DNA from: Candidatus Poribacteria bacterium
Lineage (GTDB): Bacteria > Poribacteria > WGA-4E > WGA-3G
NCBI GenBank assembly: GCA_965197475.1
Contig: CBDANF010000003.1
Location: forward strand, 2,912,001-2,976,000
DNA length: 64,000 nt
Direction: 5' to 3'
Of the stretch, positions 19,742 through 29,854 are shown piece after piece. Positions within the stretch are counted from its first letter, which is position 1; each line of letters begins with the position of its first letter. Both the position numbers and the translations under genes were made by a program. Under the pieces are notes generated by a model. That model did not search any database and was not told where the DNA came from. It was given only the letters and a program-made list of their open reading frames with translations.

Positions 19742-22700
19742 TTAATTTTCCTCTGGATCCAGAAAGTCCAAATCGTCAAAGGGTTTTCCATTCATATCAG
19801 TAAGTCGCAGATAGAATCCTGCTTTTTCTTCTTGATTGCACACCTTAACAAGAATAGTGTTTTTGCCCTGCTTGAGTATAACAGGGACAGTGTACTGGTC
19901 CACTTCTGCATCGTGAATTTCCGTATTCGCGAACACCTTTTTACCATTTAACCAGACTTTCGCTTGGCAACTGCTGCCAAATCGAATTTGTGCTTGCCGT
20001 TCATCAGGTGAAGTAAGTGTTGTCCATGCATAAGTGGTCAGCCAATTGCTGTCTATGCCGAATTCAACATATCCATCAAAGGTCTCATCCTCAGTCATTA
20101 CCCAAGTTACACTGCCATTTACGCTATCGTATTTTTCAGTTGTGTTAATCTGCGTTGCGTTTTCAGGGATGTATGCTTTATCGTACCCGATGCCATTCGT
20201 GTTGTCAAACGGTCCGAGAATCAACCATAAGTCTTCAGAGATGAAACCTGCTTTCTGAATGTACGTTTTTGCCTTTTCGGGCTCGTCATATTCACGGTAA
20301 AATTCAGCCATTGTCAAATTGGTGTTTAGGTTGAGACTTGGCATGGCTTTAAGCAAATTGTCTGCCATCCGAGCAAGTTCAGTGTAGATCCGTTGCAACT
20401 CTCGAGAGATTTCCTTCCGTTCACTGTCCCGGGCGGTCATATCCAGTGCTTTCTTATATGCATTGACAGCTTTTTCCAATTCACCATCATAACGATACCT
20501 CCGGGCAATTGATCGCTGCATACTAAACGTAAGTGTACCTTTACTTTCTTCTCGTATAAAGAATTCCTCTAGCTTGTCATGGTTGCGATAGATATTTATT
20601 AACTGTCGTTCAATATTCTGACGACTATAATCTGAAGAAGTGTATTGGATAGCTTGCTCATAAGTTTTTTCGGCAGCATCCATGTCATTTTTCCTGAGAT
20701 AAAGTTCTAACAATTCATGATAAACTTGTTGATCTCCAGGTGTAAGTTCAATTGCTTTTTCGTATGCAGTGATAGAATCATCAATCTGCTTTTTGGAGGC
20801 ATAAAGTTTTGCGATACGTGCATAGTGGACTCCGATTTCCGGTTCTGCATCAATGTATTTATGGGCGAGTTCAAGTGCCTTACTGTATTTGCCAACAGCC
20901 TGGTAACTGTTGACGAGTCCATCTTGATACTTTGTGTTCACTGGATCTTTTTCAAGTAAAGCATTCCAGATTTCTACTGCCTTACTATGCTGATTTTGAC
21001 GAGAATAGAGCGTTGCCAGTTTTTCTTTTGATACAAGATCCTCTGGTACTGCTTTCGTAATCTGCTCATAAGCTTTGATAGCTTCGTTAGGTTTATTGCT
21101 GTTCATATACTGTTGTGCCAAAGCGCGTAGGGTTCCGAAGTCAATTTTTTCTGTATTTTGGGCTGCATTGATAGATTGACTTTGCCTTTTTTTAATTTCT
21201 TGCAACTTTTCTTGTGTCTCTCGGCGTTTCCAAGAATGTACCAACCAGTTGTCTCTGATATCAGTAAACAGTGCTTCGGCATCATCCCACATTCTGAAAG
21301 ACATGTATTTTTTGGCGACTTGTTCCTTATCTGATATACTTCCTCCTCTTCGCATAATTTGAATGTTGCCTATCTTTCGGCATATCTCTTGTGCCTTTTC
21401 AATCTCGCCACTGTTTTTATAAGCAATGACAATTGAATCGTATATACTTTGGACAGTACTATCATCCTGCAGATTGACTTGTGCAACAGCCGCTTTGAGC
21501 AGTTTAAGTTCAAGGTTGTAATTATTAGCAGCCTGACAGGTGTTCGCTAATTTTCTTATCCATCTTAAATTTGCTCGTGCCGGATCATTCTCAAGTATCT
21601 GATTAACGAGCGGTGCTGCATCTTCATTATTATTCATAGTTATTTTCATGAGTGTAACGAGATAAAGCAAGAATGTATCTGTAGGATTCTCTACGAATTT
21701 TTCTTCGTATTCTTTTGAAAAGACTTCTAAATTGCCAGTGGTTTTGTAAAGCTCAACAAGTTTAAGTATTAACTGTTCTTGGAGTAAAACCCTATTTACT
21801 GTGTCCAGTTTTTGACGCAAGAGCTGAATAGCCTTGTCATGTTCATTTATGTGTGAATATGCAGATGCAAGTTTCAAATATGTATCTATATCGCTTGGAT
21901 CAATTTCAACGATCTTCTCAGATAACTCAATGATGGTCATAGCTGCTTCCTGATTGTACTTGGTTCTATTAGCATATTCTTCAACTATGTTCCGCGCGAT
22001 ATTGAGTCCAATATATTGACTTTCGGTCAACGTATTTTCCTTTGTCACGAGCATTTCTTCTACGAGTGCAACGAGTTCGTCAATTTTTTCTGACTCAATA
22101 AATGCACTGATCAGTGACCAATAATAGGTTCTAAAAAGACCTGGGTTATCTTTAAGGAGTATAGCATATTGGGTTGCGGCATTTTTATACTGTTCATTTT
22201 CTTTCAACATATATGCATATCTCTGTCGGGTTGCATTATCCTCCGGTTTTAGTGTTAGTGCCGCCTTATAAGCCTCTGATGATTTTTTATACTGTTCTCT
22301 TCTTTCGTAGAACTCCACTAACCTGATTTGTGCCTGGAATGAATCGGGATTCTTTTGGGCAGCATCAACTAACAAGGATTCGCGTTTTTTAGTAACTTCT
22401 ACTCGTCTTTTCTTAGCTTCTGCATTTTTCGCTGTTAGCTGGAGAGCTCGCTGGAAATCCCATTGGTCTAACTCCTGCCTCCGTGAAGAACTTCTGTTAT
22501 CCAGATACAGAGCACGTTTGGCAAGAAGTGCTGCATCCTGATGTTGACCAAGATCTTTTAGATACTGTGCTAATTGAGTTAAATCGGATGGATCTTTTTC
22601 TTGCCTCATTAAGGACATCGCTTTTTTTGCGACAGCAATTGCATATTGTGTAAGTCCTGCGTTCTGAAGTTGTCGTGAAAACTGATAGAGTTCTCGACTT

Positions 22701-25700
22701 CCTGCCCCTGAATTCAGTTTTTTTACCATTAACTCGCGTACAGTTTCAATATTTCCTGTGTGCAAGGCAAGTTGTAACATAAGCTGAAGGTAATGCTCTC
22801 GATTTCTCGGATCATCTGCAGCAGATTCTTTAAGCAAATCTAATGCTGTTACATATTGATGTGTCTGAATAGATATGAAAACTGTGTTAAGTTTGAGCGT
22901 AATATCATTAGAAAATTCTTTTTGTAGTGCATAGAGGATTTCACGTGCTTTGTCTCGATTTCCCTCCCACCAATAACAATAACTGAGAGCTAAAGCTGGA
23001 TAAATACGGTCTTTGCCTTTAGCGGATTCTAATTTCGTTTGAAATTTGGCGTACAATGTTTCCTTTTGATTTTTCATCCACAGTTGGCTAAAAATTTGTT
23101 GAAGAAACTTCAACCGATTCTGATTAAAGTAAATCGTTGGGGATGTATAATTTGATTCTGTCTGAGTATAGCCTCCGTAAGCAATTGGCGAGTAACCAAG
23201 TGTTGAGACGTTTTCGGTTGTTGTGATGTTCGGTTTGCTGTATTCAAGGTACTTCCAGAAAAGCGCAATTGCTTTGTCGGTCTGTCCTAATGCAATGTAA
23301 GCAGTTGTAAGACTCTGATAACTATCCAAGTACAGCTGCCACTGTTGTTCAATGGACGATTTCTGCTTGCTTCGTTGCGTCCGAATGTTAGGCTCCCCTG
23401 ATGGGATTGGAAATTGGTCGAGTAATTTTTGTGCCCTGTCAACTGCCTCTATTTGTGCAAGAGTCGTAATTAATGTTGCACCTGTGTTAAGGTCAGTTAT
23501 TTCTTCATCTTTAATTTTTTCAACGAGTTTTTGAGCATCTGCCTTTCTGCCCTCACGAGAAAGTATGCTCGCGTATTGTACTATATACCAGAATCGTATT
23601 TCTGGAGGTAAGTCCGTTACGTCATTAATGTACTGCGCTAAGAAATCAGAGTCTTGGTTTTTCTCAATTGCGTGATTCATTCGTATGGCTTGATACAATG
23701 GATTATCTGGTTCGGCGACAATTAATCGGTCAATCACTTCGTTTGCTTTTTTGGAATCCTCAATTAAAGTATAGAAATGTGCTAATGTTTCAAGAATCCG
23801 TATATCTTTTGGGTTTGCTGCAGCGTTTTTCTCAAATTTTTGAATTAGCTCAGATAGTTTGCCTTGACTTTCTGCGATTTCCTTCAACATAACAAGGGCA
23901 CCGGCTTGTGCTTCCTCAAAACTACTCGGTTTCCAAATTTGTTCACCTCTGTCCCAATGGATGATTCCGAAAGAAACTTCCCAAGCAAGATTTTGCGCGA
24001 GATAAAAATCGTTAATGTTAATTCCTGGAGGCCAAGATTTGGAGTCAAACAATCTTCCAGCTATATGCTGAGTTGGATTAAACTTTGCTGACACGGGTTT
24101 TGGCATTTCCAGAATTCGTTGAAAGTACATCTCTGTTTTGTCTATTTCGGTCATTGCGGCAAATAGTGCACCAACCTGATATAATGATACTGCATCATTT
24201 GCTTTTTCAGATACTCGTCCAAGCAAGGTAATAGCATCATCCAGCATCCTATGTCGCATCAGTAAAGTCACCAATTTGATCCCAACTTCAAATGTATGAT
24301 TTTTTGTATGCAGAAGTTTTTCCCATGCCTGAATCGCTTCCTCTTCGCGTCCTGCATCAAATAACAATTCACCCAGTTTTTGGTGATTGATGGGATCCGG
24401 GTGTGTTTCCACAAGCCGCTGTTGATAGGCGAGAGCATCTGCAATATCACCGAGGTCCAGACTAATATTAACCAGTCTTTCTAACAACTCAGGATTTCCT
24501 CGTTCTCGGTCTAAGGCACGTGCTAATTGGAAACGTGCGTTTGCTAATTCGCCCTCCAAGCGATAAAATTCTGATAGTGCTAAAACAGCTCCGACATAGG
24601 TTGTGTCAACTTTTGCCATCTGCTTCAGTTTTTCTTCAAACTCACCACGTTTACCTAATTCATAATATACTTCAGAAAGCGGTTTGACGAGATTGAGTTT
24701 GTCGTCCACATTAGTACTTAGTTCCCAACATCGCCAGTATTGGACGATAGCTTCTTGCGGCTTGCCCGAAAGTTTGAGTGTTTCAGCAAGTTTTATGCAA
24801 ATGTCAACAGCATCCGGACGAAGACGTACTGCCTGTCTGAGACTATTAATTGAAGTTTCAAAATCTCTGGACTGCTTAGCGATTTCCGCCAACAGCTGAT
24901 GTCCTTCAGGATTGCGAGGGGTGTGTGCAACAACTTGTTTTGCAGCAGCAGTTGCAGCCGCAAAATCCATAACATTTAGATAAGAACGCGCTATATTCGC
25001 ATAATATTCGCGTGCATTTGTGTTGTCCACTTTGATTAAGTGTTTATAGATAGCATTTGCAGCCTCACGATGTCCCTGCTTGTCGTAGATGTCTGCAAGC
25101 CAACGGTTAATAACTACATTATCAGGTTGGAGTGTTTTGACTTTTAATAGTACTTTAAGCGCGTGAGTGATGTTGCCCAATTTTAGATACATTTTCGCAA
25201 GTCGCTTATGGTTTGCAAAGGTCTCGGCAGAAGCAAGATTCGGTTTTTGAAGTTCAACCTCCATCGCTTCAACTTTGTCCATGAGCGTTCCTTGCCTACG
25301 ATAGATTTCAATTCGCCGATCGTCAATCTGTTCGGCGAAAAAATCGTTGGGGGCGAACTTAGCGGCTTCTGTGTATTCTGCTAATGCTTCATCGTAAGCT
25401 TTGTTTTCCATCAACCTTTTCGCTAATGCTTCACGATAACGGTATGCTTCCGGCATCAACTGCACCGCTTTTCGACTAACATTGATTGCCTGAGTTTGTA
25501 ATTCCTTTGCTCCGAACAGTTGTGCCAACTGGTCATAATTTTCAGCGATACCTTTATCATTGGCAACCATCCGATTCCATGTCTCAATTGCTTTTTCATG
25601 GTTTCCCTGACGAAAGTAGAATTCACCGAAATACCGAATGTAATCCAGATTGTCGGGGGCGAGCGAGATTGCCTTTTGATATGCTGCGACAGCATCAGCG

Positions 25701-26974
25701 GTCCACTTATGGTTGGTGTAAATCTCGGCGAGAGTGATGTATGTGCTTGCATTCTCCGGGTCGTAGTCAATCATTCTCTGATAAGTCGCCTTTGCCTTAT
25801 CTTCGTTTTCTAATTGCAAATACAGTTTGCCGAGCTCACGATAGATACCAAAATTGTCGGGTTGTTGCTTGCTGAGTATTTCGTATTCTACCGCTGCATC
25901 CTCAAATTTATCTGCGTTGCGAAGGGTATTGATAAGGTTCAGACGTAAATTCGTGTCAGTTGGAGCAAGTTCCAATCCTTTTCTATATGCCGCAATACCT
26001 TCTTCTAACTGCTGATTTTCAATATATGCTGCAGCAAGTAATCCGTGTAACTCTGGCTCTTTTGGTGTTGCTTTAAGTTTTTCTTGATAGTATGAGATTA
26101 GGTCTTTCCAGTTTGCATCGTTGGCGTAAATAGTGATAATCCGATTTTGAAGGTCTTTACGCAGCCAGTTCCCCGGGGCAGTCAAGGCAAGTGCATCATC
26201 GTAACTTTGAATGGCATCCTGATAATCACCTTTCTCTTCCTGAATATTTCCTATTTCCCGACGACTTAGACACACACGATATGGATCATCTTTTTTAATC
26301 TCAATGATTGTTTGATGTTGCACTATCGCTTGTGAGTAAAGACCCTGTTCGTAGTAAAGATCGGCAAGTTCAATAAGGGCGAAGATGTTCTGTGGATTAA
26401 GTTCAGAGATTTTTTCCCATGCTTGAATCGCTTCTTTTACCCTATCTTGACGGAAATAAACGTGTCCAAGGGACTTATAAATTGCAATCAATTCCTCGGG
26501 AGGCACAGTCTGTGCTTGTTCTAATAAGGCTGCGGCTTTGCCTAATTCTGTGATTGCCTCCTTATCTTGACGCAAAGTCGTATACATCTGTCCTAATGCG
26601 AAATGGGTGTAATAATCGTTCGGAGAAAGCTCAACTGCACGTTGATACGCCGAAACTGCCTTAATATCTTTAGCAAAACGTTTGTATATATGTCCCAGTA
26701 TAAGGTGCAAATTTGGGTCGTTCGGGTTAGCTTGTGTTTCTGCCTGATAATCGGAAATCATTGCATCTAACCCCTTGTCTTCAAGGTAAAACTGGCACAA
26801 ACGCTCGAATGTATTACCCTCTTTCGGCTTTTGACGCAGCATCAGTTTGTAACGCTCAATGATTTTCTCATCGGGCACCTCGTCTTGAGCAGTAATAATT
26901 GATGTAAAACATAACGTGTAGGATATAAGAAAGACAAAAAACACAAACGTTCGTTGTTTTTCAAGCTTAGACAT
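19742..26974 (-). CDS. Giant secreted tetratricopeptide-repeat protein (2410 aa) with C-terminal beta-sandwich domain
   Basis: Signal peptide, many TPR units, C-terminal WLILGPFDN...KVWLNGK...LKQGKNTILVKV. Confidence 0.85.
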   Translation of the reverse strand: MSKLEKQRTFVFFVFLISYTLCFTSIITAQDEVPDEKIIERYKLMLRQKPKEGNTFERLCQFYLEDKGLDAMISDYQAETQANPNDPNLHLILGHIYKRFAKDIKAVSAYQRAVELSPNDYYTHFALGQMYTTLRQDKEAITELGKAAALLEQAQTVPPEELIAIYKSLGHVYFRQDRVKEAIQAWEKISELNPQNIFALIELADLYYEQGLYSQAIVQHQTIIEIKKDDPYRVCLSRREIGNIQEEKGDYQDAIQSYDDALALTAPGNWLRKDLQNRIITIYANDANWKDLISYYQEKLKATPKEPELHGLLAAAYIENQQLEEGIAAYRKGLELAPTDTNLRLNLINTLRNADKFEDAAVEYEILSKQQPDNFGIYRELGKLYLQLENEDKAKATYQRMIDYDPENASTYITLAEIYTNHKWTADAVAAYQKAISLAPDNLDYIRYFGEFYFRQGNHEKAIETWNRMVANDKGIAENYDQLAQLFGAKELQTQAINVSRKAVQLMPEAYRYREALAKRLMENKAYDEALAEYTEAAKFAPNDFFAEQIDDRRIEIYRRQGTLMDKVEAMEVELQKPNLASAETFANHKRLAKMYLKLGNITHALKVLLKVKTLQPDNVVINRWLADIYDKQGHREAANAIYKHLIKVDNTNAREYYANIARSYLNVMDFAAATAAAKQVVAHTPRNPEGHQLLAEIAKQSRDFETSINSLRQAVRLRPDAVDICIKLAETLKLSGKPQEAIVQYWRCWELSTNVDDKLNLVKPLSEVYYELGKRGEFEEKLKQMAKVDTTYVGAVLALSEFYRLEGELANARFQLARALDRERGNPELLERLVNISLDLGDIADALAYQQRLVETHPDPINHQKLGELLFDAGREEEAIQAWEKLLHTKNHTFEVGIKLVTLLMRHRMLDDAITLLGRVSEKANDAVSLYQVGALFAAMTEIDKTEMYFQRILEMPKPVSAKFNPTQHIAGRLFDSKSWPPGININDFYLAQNLAWEVSFGIIHWDRGEQIWKPSSFEEAQAGALVMLKEIAESQGKLSELIQKFEKNAAANPKDIRILETLAHFYTLIEDSKKANEVIDRLIVAEPDNPLYQAIRMNHAIEKNQDSDFLAQYINDVTDLPPEIRFWYIVQYASILSREGRKADAQKLVEKIKDEEITDLNTGATLITTLAQIEAVDRAQKLLDQFPIPSGEPNIRTQRSKQKSSIEQQWQLYLDSYQSLTTAYIALGQTDKAIALFWKYLEYSKPNITTTENVSTLGYSPIAYGGYTQTESNYTSPTIYFNQNRLKFLQQIFSQLWMKNQKETLYAKFQTKLESAKGKDRIYPALALSYCYWWEGNRDKAREILYALQKEFSNDITLKLNTVFISIQTHQYVTALDLLKESAADDPRNREHYLQLMLQLALHTGNIETVRELMVKKLNSGAGSRELYQFSRQLQNAGLTQYAIAVAKKAMSLMRQEKDPSDLTQLAQYLKDLGQHQDAALLAKRALYLDNRSSSRRQELDQWDFQRALQLTAKNAEAKKRRVEVTKKRESLLVDAAQKNPDSFQAQIRLVEFYERREQYKKSSEAYKAALTLKPEDNATRQRYAYMLKENEQYKNAATQYAILLKDNPGLFRTYYWSLISAFIESEKIDELVALVEEMLVTKENTLTESQYIGLNIARNIVEEYANRTKYNQEAAMTIIELSEKIVEIDPSDIDTYLKLASAYSHINEHDKAIQLLRQKLDTVNRVLLQEQLILKLVELYKTTGNLEVFSKEYEEKFVENPTDTFLLYLVTLMKITMNNNEDAAPLVNQILENDPARANLRWIRKLANTCQAANNYNLELKLLKAAVAQVNLQDDSTVQSIYDSIVIAYKNSGEIEKAQEICRKIGNIQIMRRGGSISDKEQVAKKYMSFRMWDDAEALFTDIRDNWLVHSWKRRETQEKLQEIKKRQSQSINAAQNTEKIDFGTLRALAQQYMNSNKPNEAIKAYEQITKAVPEDLVSKEKLATLYSRQNQHSKAVEIWNALLEKDPVNTKYQDGLVNSYQAVGKYSKALELAHKYIDAEPEIGVHYARIAKLYASKKQIDDSITAYEKAIELTPGDQQVYHELLELYLRKNDMDAAEKTYEQAIQYTSSDYSRQNIERQLINIYRNHDKLEEFFIREESKGTLTFSMQRSIARRYRYDGELEKAVNAYKKALDMTARDSERKEISRELQRIYTELARMADNLLKAMPSLNLNTNLTMAEFYREYDEPEKAKTYIQKAGFISEDLWLILGPFDNTNGIGYDKAYIPENATQINTTEKYDSVNGSVTWVMTEDETFDGYVEFGIDSNWLTTYAWTTLTSPDERQAQIRFGSSCQAKVWLNGKKVFANTEIHDAEVDQYTVPVILKQGKNTILVKVCNQEEKAGFYLRLTDMNGKPFDDLDFLDPEEN

Positions 26975-27099
26975 GAGACGATCTCCTTGAAAGTGGCTGT
27001 GTTAGGAAAATAATCTTTTAATTCTGCTTCTTATTGATATCTGAAATAGCCAGGTTTAGCACAAGTGATGGAATGTCGTTATACTTGCAAAGACATGCA

Positions 27100-27270
27100 C
27101 ACGGGTGAAGAAACACACAAAATCCAATATGGTAGACAAGTCTTGAGCCAACAGAAGCACCTGCCAAACGCTTACTCACTGAACGTCGGGGACATTGGGC
27201 AATAGAGACAAGGTGTACTGAGTGCGGGATGTTGTGTTTGGAGAAGATACTTCTCACGTCCGACAAATGC
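27100..27270 (+). pseudogene. ISAs1-family transposase remnant
   Basis: Frameshifted fragments reading ..APAKRLLTERRGHWAIE.. and ..RDVVFGEDTSHVR (HWxIE..D..F.ED signature). Confidence 0.6.
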
Positions 27271-27310
27271 CATACTCGCTTAACCCAGCAGGTAAAGGTG
27301 GCAAATAGCG

Positions 27311-28744
27311 TTAGATTTGGTCAAACCTTTCCGGTTGCAAACCAAGTTTTTGATATGATTCAGCAGTTGGGAAAATCTTACCGGGATTACAGAGTCCTGT
27401 CGGATTGAAAATCTCCTTGACATTCGCCATCACTTGTAAATCAGCAGGACTGAAGATAAGCGGCATATAATCCATCTTTTCAACACCGATACCGTGTTCT
27501 CCTGTGATCGTGCCACCGACTTCAGCGCATACGGTCAGGATTTCTTTGTTCACATGTTCCACCCGTTCACACTGGTCGTGATCACGTTCGTCAAAAAGAA
27601 CAATCGGATGGATATTACCATCACCCGCATGGAACACATTCGCAATCGCAATCTGATATTTTTCAGAGATTTCTGAGATACGTCGTAGTACCTTTGGTAA
27701 CCGAGTACGTGGCACAACCCCATCCTGCGTAATATAGTTCGGAGCAAGTCGTCCGAATGAACCGAACGCGCTTTTGCGCGCCTTCCAAAGCTCTTGACGT
27801 TCCGCATCATCTTTGGCGTAGTTCACCTCTCGAGCGTTGTGTTGCTTGAAGATTTCAAGTATCCGATCTGTTTGATTTTGCATGCCTGCCTTAATACCGT
27901 CAAGTTCTACAATTAGAATCGCTTCGGCATCAAGGGGAAAACCGAACTTGAATGCTTCCTCCAATGCACGAATAACAAGCGTATCCATCATTTCAAGTGC
28001 GGCTGGAATAATTCCCGCACCGATAATTGTTGAAACAGCATTAGAGGCATCGTCCATTTTGTCAAAGACTGCAAGCGCGGTTTGATACGCTTGCGGATTC
28101 CGTGTGAGACGGAGTGTCGCTTTTGTTACGATCCCAAACGTGCCTTCAGAACCGATCATTACACCACGTAGATCATAACCGGGAACTTCTTCAACAGCAC
28201 CACCGAATTCGATTATTTCACCATCCGGCATTACCACTTCCATTCCAAGCACATGGTCAGAGGTGACACCGTATTTTAGCGTGTGAGGACCGCCAGAGTT
28301 TTCAGCGATATTACCACCGATTGTACACGCCTTTTGACTTGATGGGTCTGGTGCATAATGGTAACCTTGAGCCTGCACTGCCTGAGACAAAAGCAGATTG
28401 ACAACTCCCGGTTCAATGACTGCTCGCTCGTTTTCAATGTCTATTTCAAGGATGCGGTCCATTCGATTGAGCGCAATAATTATGCCCCCTTGAACAGACA
28501 ACATGCCACCGCTCAAACCTGTTCCACCGCCGCGTGCGATAAATGGTGTATTATATTTATTCGCTAACTTGACAATATCCGACACCTGTTGTGTTGTATC
28601 AGCAAAGACAACAACATCCGGCAATGCCTTAAAAGATGGTGCTGCGTCACATTCGTATACCGACAAAGCGGTTGCATCTGTTAGGACATTTTTGGAACCG
28701 AGGAGTTCAGAGAGTTCTGCAATGAGTTGTTCTTTTTGTTCCAT
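27311..28744 (-). CDS. glcD: FAD-linked oxidase, glycolate oxidase subunit GlcD-like
   Basis: RGGGTGLSGG, PDPSS..CTIGGN, HAGDGNIHP, GEHGIG. Confidence 0.85.
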   Translation of the reverse strand: MEQKEQLIAELSELLGSKNVLTDATALSVYECDAAPSFKALPDVVVFADTTQQVSDIVKLANKYNTPFIARGGGTGLSGGMLSVQGGIIIALNRMDRILEIDIENERAVIEPGVVNLLLSQAVQAQGYHYAPDPSSQKACTIGGNIAENSGGPHTLKYGVTSDHVLGMEVVMPDGEIIEFGGAVEEVPGYDLRGVMIGSEGTFGIVTKATLRLTRNPQAYQTALAVFDKMDDASNAVSTIIGAGIIPAALEMMDTLVIRALEEAFKFGFPLDAEAILIVELDGIKAGMQNQTDRILEIFKQHNAREVNYAKDDAERQELWKARKSAFGSFGRLAPNYITQDGVVPRTRLPKVLRRISEISEKYQIAIANVFHAGDGNIHPIVLFDERDHDQCERVEHVNKEILTVCAEVGGTITGEHGIGVEKMDYMPLIFSPADLQVMANVKEIFNPTGLCNPGKIFPTAESYQKLGLQPERFDQI

Positions 28745-28964
28745 GGTGTTTTCCTTATTACACAATTTTATCGTGTTTCTTCAGATTAGATTATCATATT
28801 TCCATTTGTTTGTCCAATTAGAAATGTCACGAAGTATTAATTTTTTGGCACAAAATAGCGTAAAATGTTATAATATTAAAGTTATAGAATTAGTCAGAGT
28901 TTAATTCGGAAAATCCATTATCTTATTAATGCACGTTTTCGCGTGCAGAAATGAAGGAGACAAA

Positions 28965-29747
28965 ATGCGAAAATTAGTTTTGATTTTAGGAATCACATGT
29001 TTAATTGTGTGGCTGCTACCACATATTAGTTCTGCTAAGATTGACCCAGAAAAAGTGGTCGGTGTATGGCTATTTGATGAAGGTGCAGGTAATAATGTTG
29101 AAGATTCTTCCGGTAAGGGCAATAATGGCACGATTAATGGGGCAAAATGGAAGGATGGAAAATTCGGCGATGGACTTGAGTTTGATGGTGGAGATTGGGT
29201 GTCCATTCCCTCTACACCTGAACTTCAAGTTGGCGAAGAACTGACCATGATGGCATGGTTCTATGCAACTAATATTGGGGATTGGAGACAACTTATAGCC
29301 AAAAGTGACGAGTATCTGTTACGTATTGACCCACCACATGAACAAAACAAAATGTCTGCCTTTGTAAATGCTGAAAATGAATGGGAGCCGCGAGCATCTT
29401 CACGTGTGCCTGAAACAAACACATGGATTCACTTCGCTGCGACTTATGACAGTGGAGCAAACAGTGATCATCTTGTTGTATATGTTAACGGTGAACACGC
29501 TGGCGCAAGTTCTCGTGCCGGGCAGGTTGCCGTAACCGGAAATGCTGTTGAAATCGGCAAGTGGGATAATGGTTCATATTTCGTCGGAATTATTGATGAA
29601 GTGGCTACATTTAAAGATGTACTCACTGAAGATGACTTGAAAACTATCATGGATAACGGTTTAGATAAAGCACTCGGTGGTGTCGCAGCTGTTGATGCAT
29701 CCGACAAATTGGCAACAACTTGGGGCACCATTAAAGCGAACCGGTAA
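28965..29747 (+). CDS. Secreted LamG/concanavalin-like domain protein
   Basis: Signal peptide, WLFDEG, WIHFAATYD, GIIDEV, C-terminal KLATTWGTIK. Confidence 0.85.
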   Translation: MRKLVLILGITCLIVWLLPHISSAKIDPEKVVGVWLFDEGAGNNVEDSSGKGNNGTINGAKWKDGKFGDGLEFDGGDWVSIPSTPELQVGEELTMMAWFYATNIGDWRQLIAKSDEYLLRIDPPHEQNKMSAFVNAENEWEPRASSRVPETNTWIHFAATYDSGANSDHLVVYVNGEHAGASSRAGQVAVTGNAVEIGKWDNGSYFVGIIDEVATFKDVLTEDDLKTIMDNGLDKALGGVAAVDASDKLATTWGTIKANR

Positions 29748-29854
29748 AACAGTTCAAGTGCACACTACGTGGGCGGATAAGAACACTTCCGCCCTTAATC
29801 TTAAAATACACATCTGAACATTGAAAATAAACACGAAGGAGAAATTTTGCCCTC

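Noticed and set aside
27018-27266. 82-aa minus-strand ORF
   Set aside because: Shadow of a plus-strand ISAs1 transposase remnant
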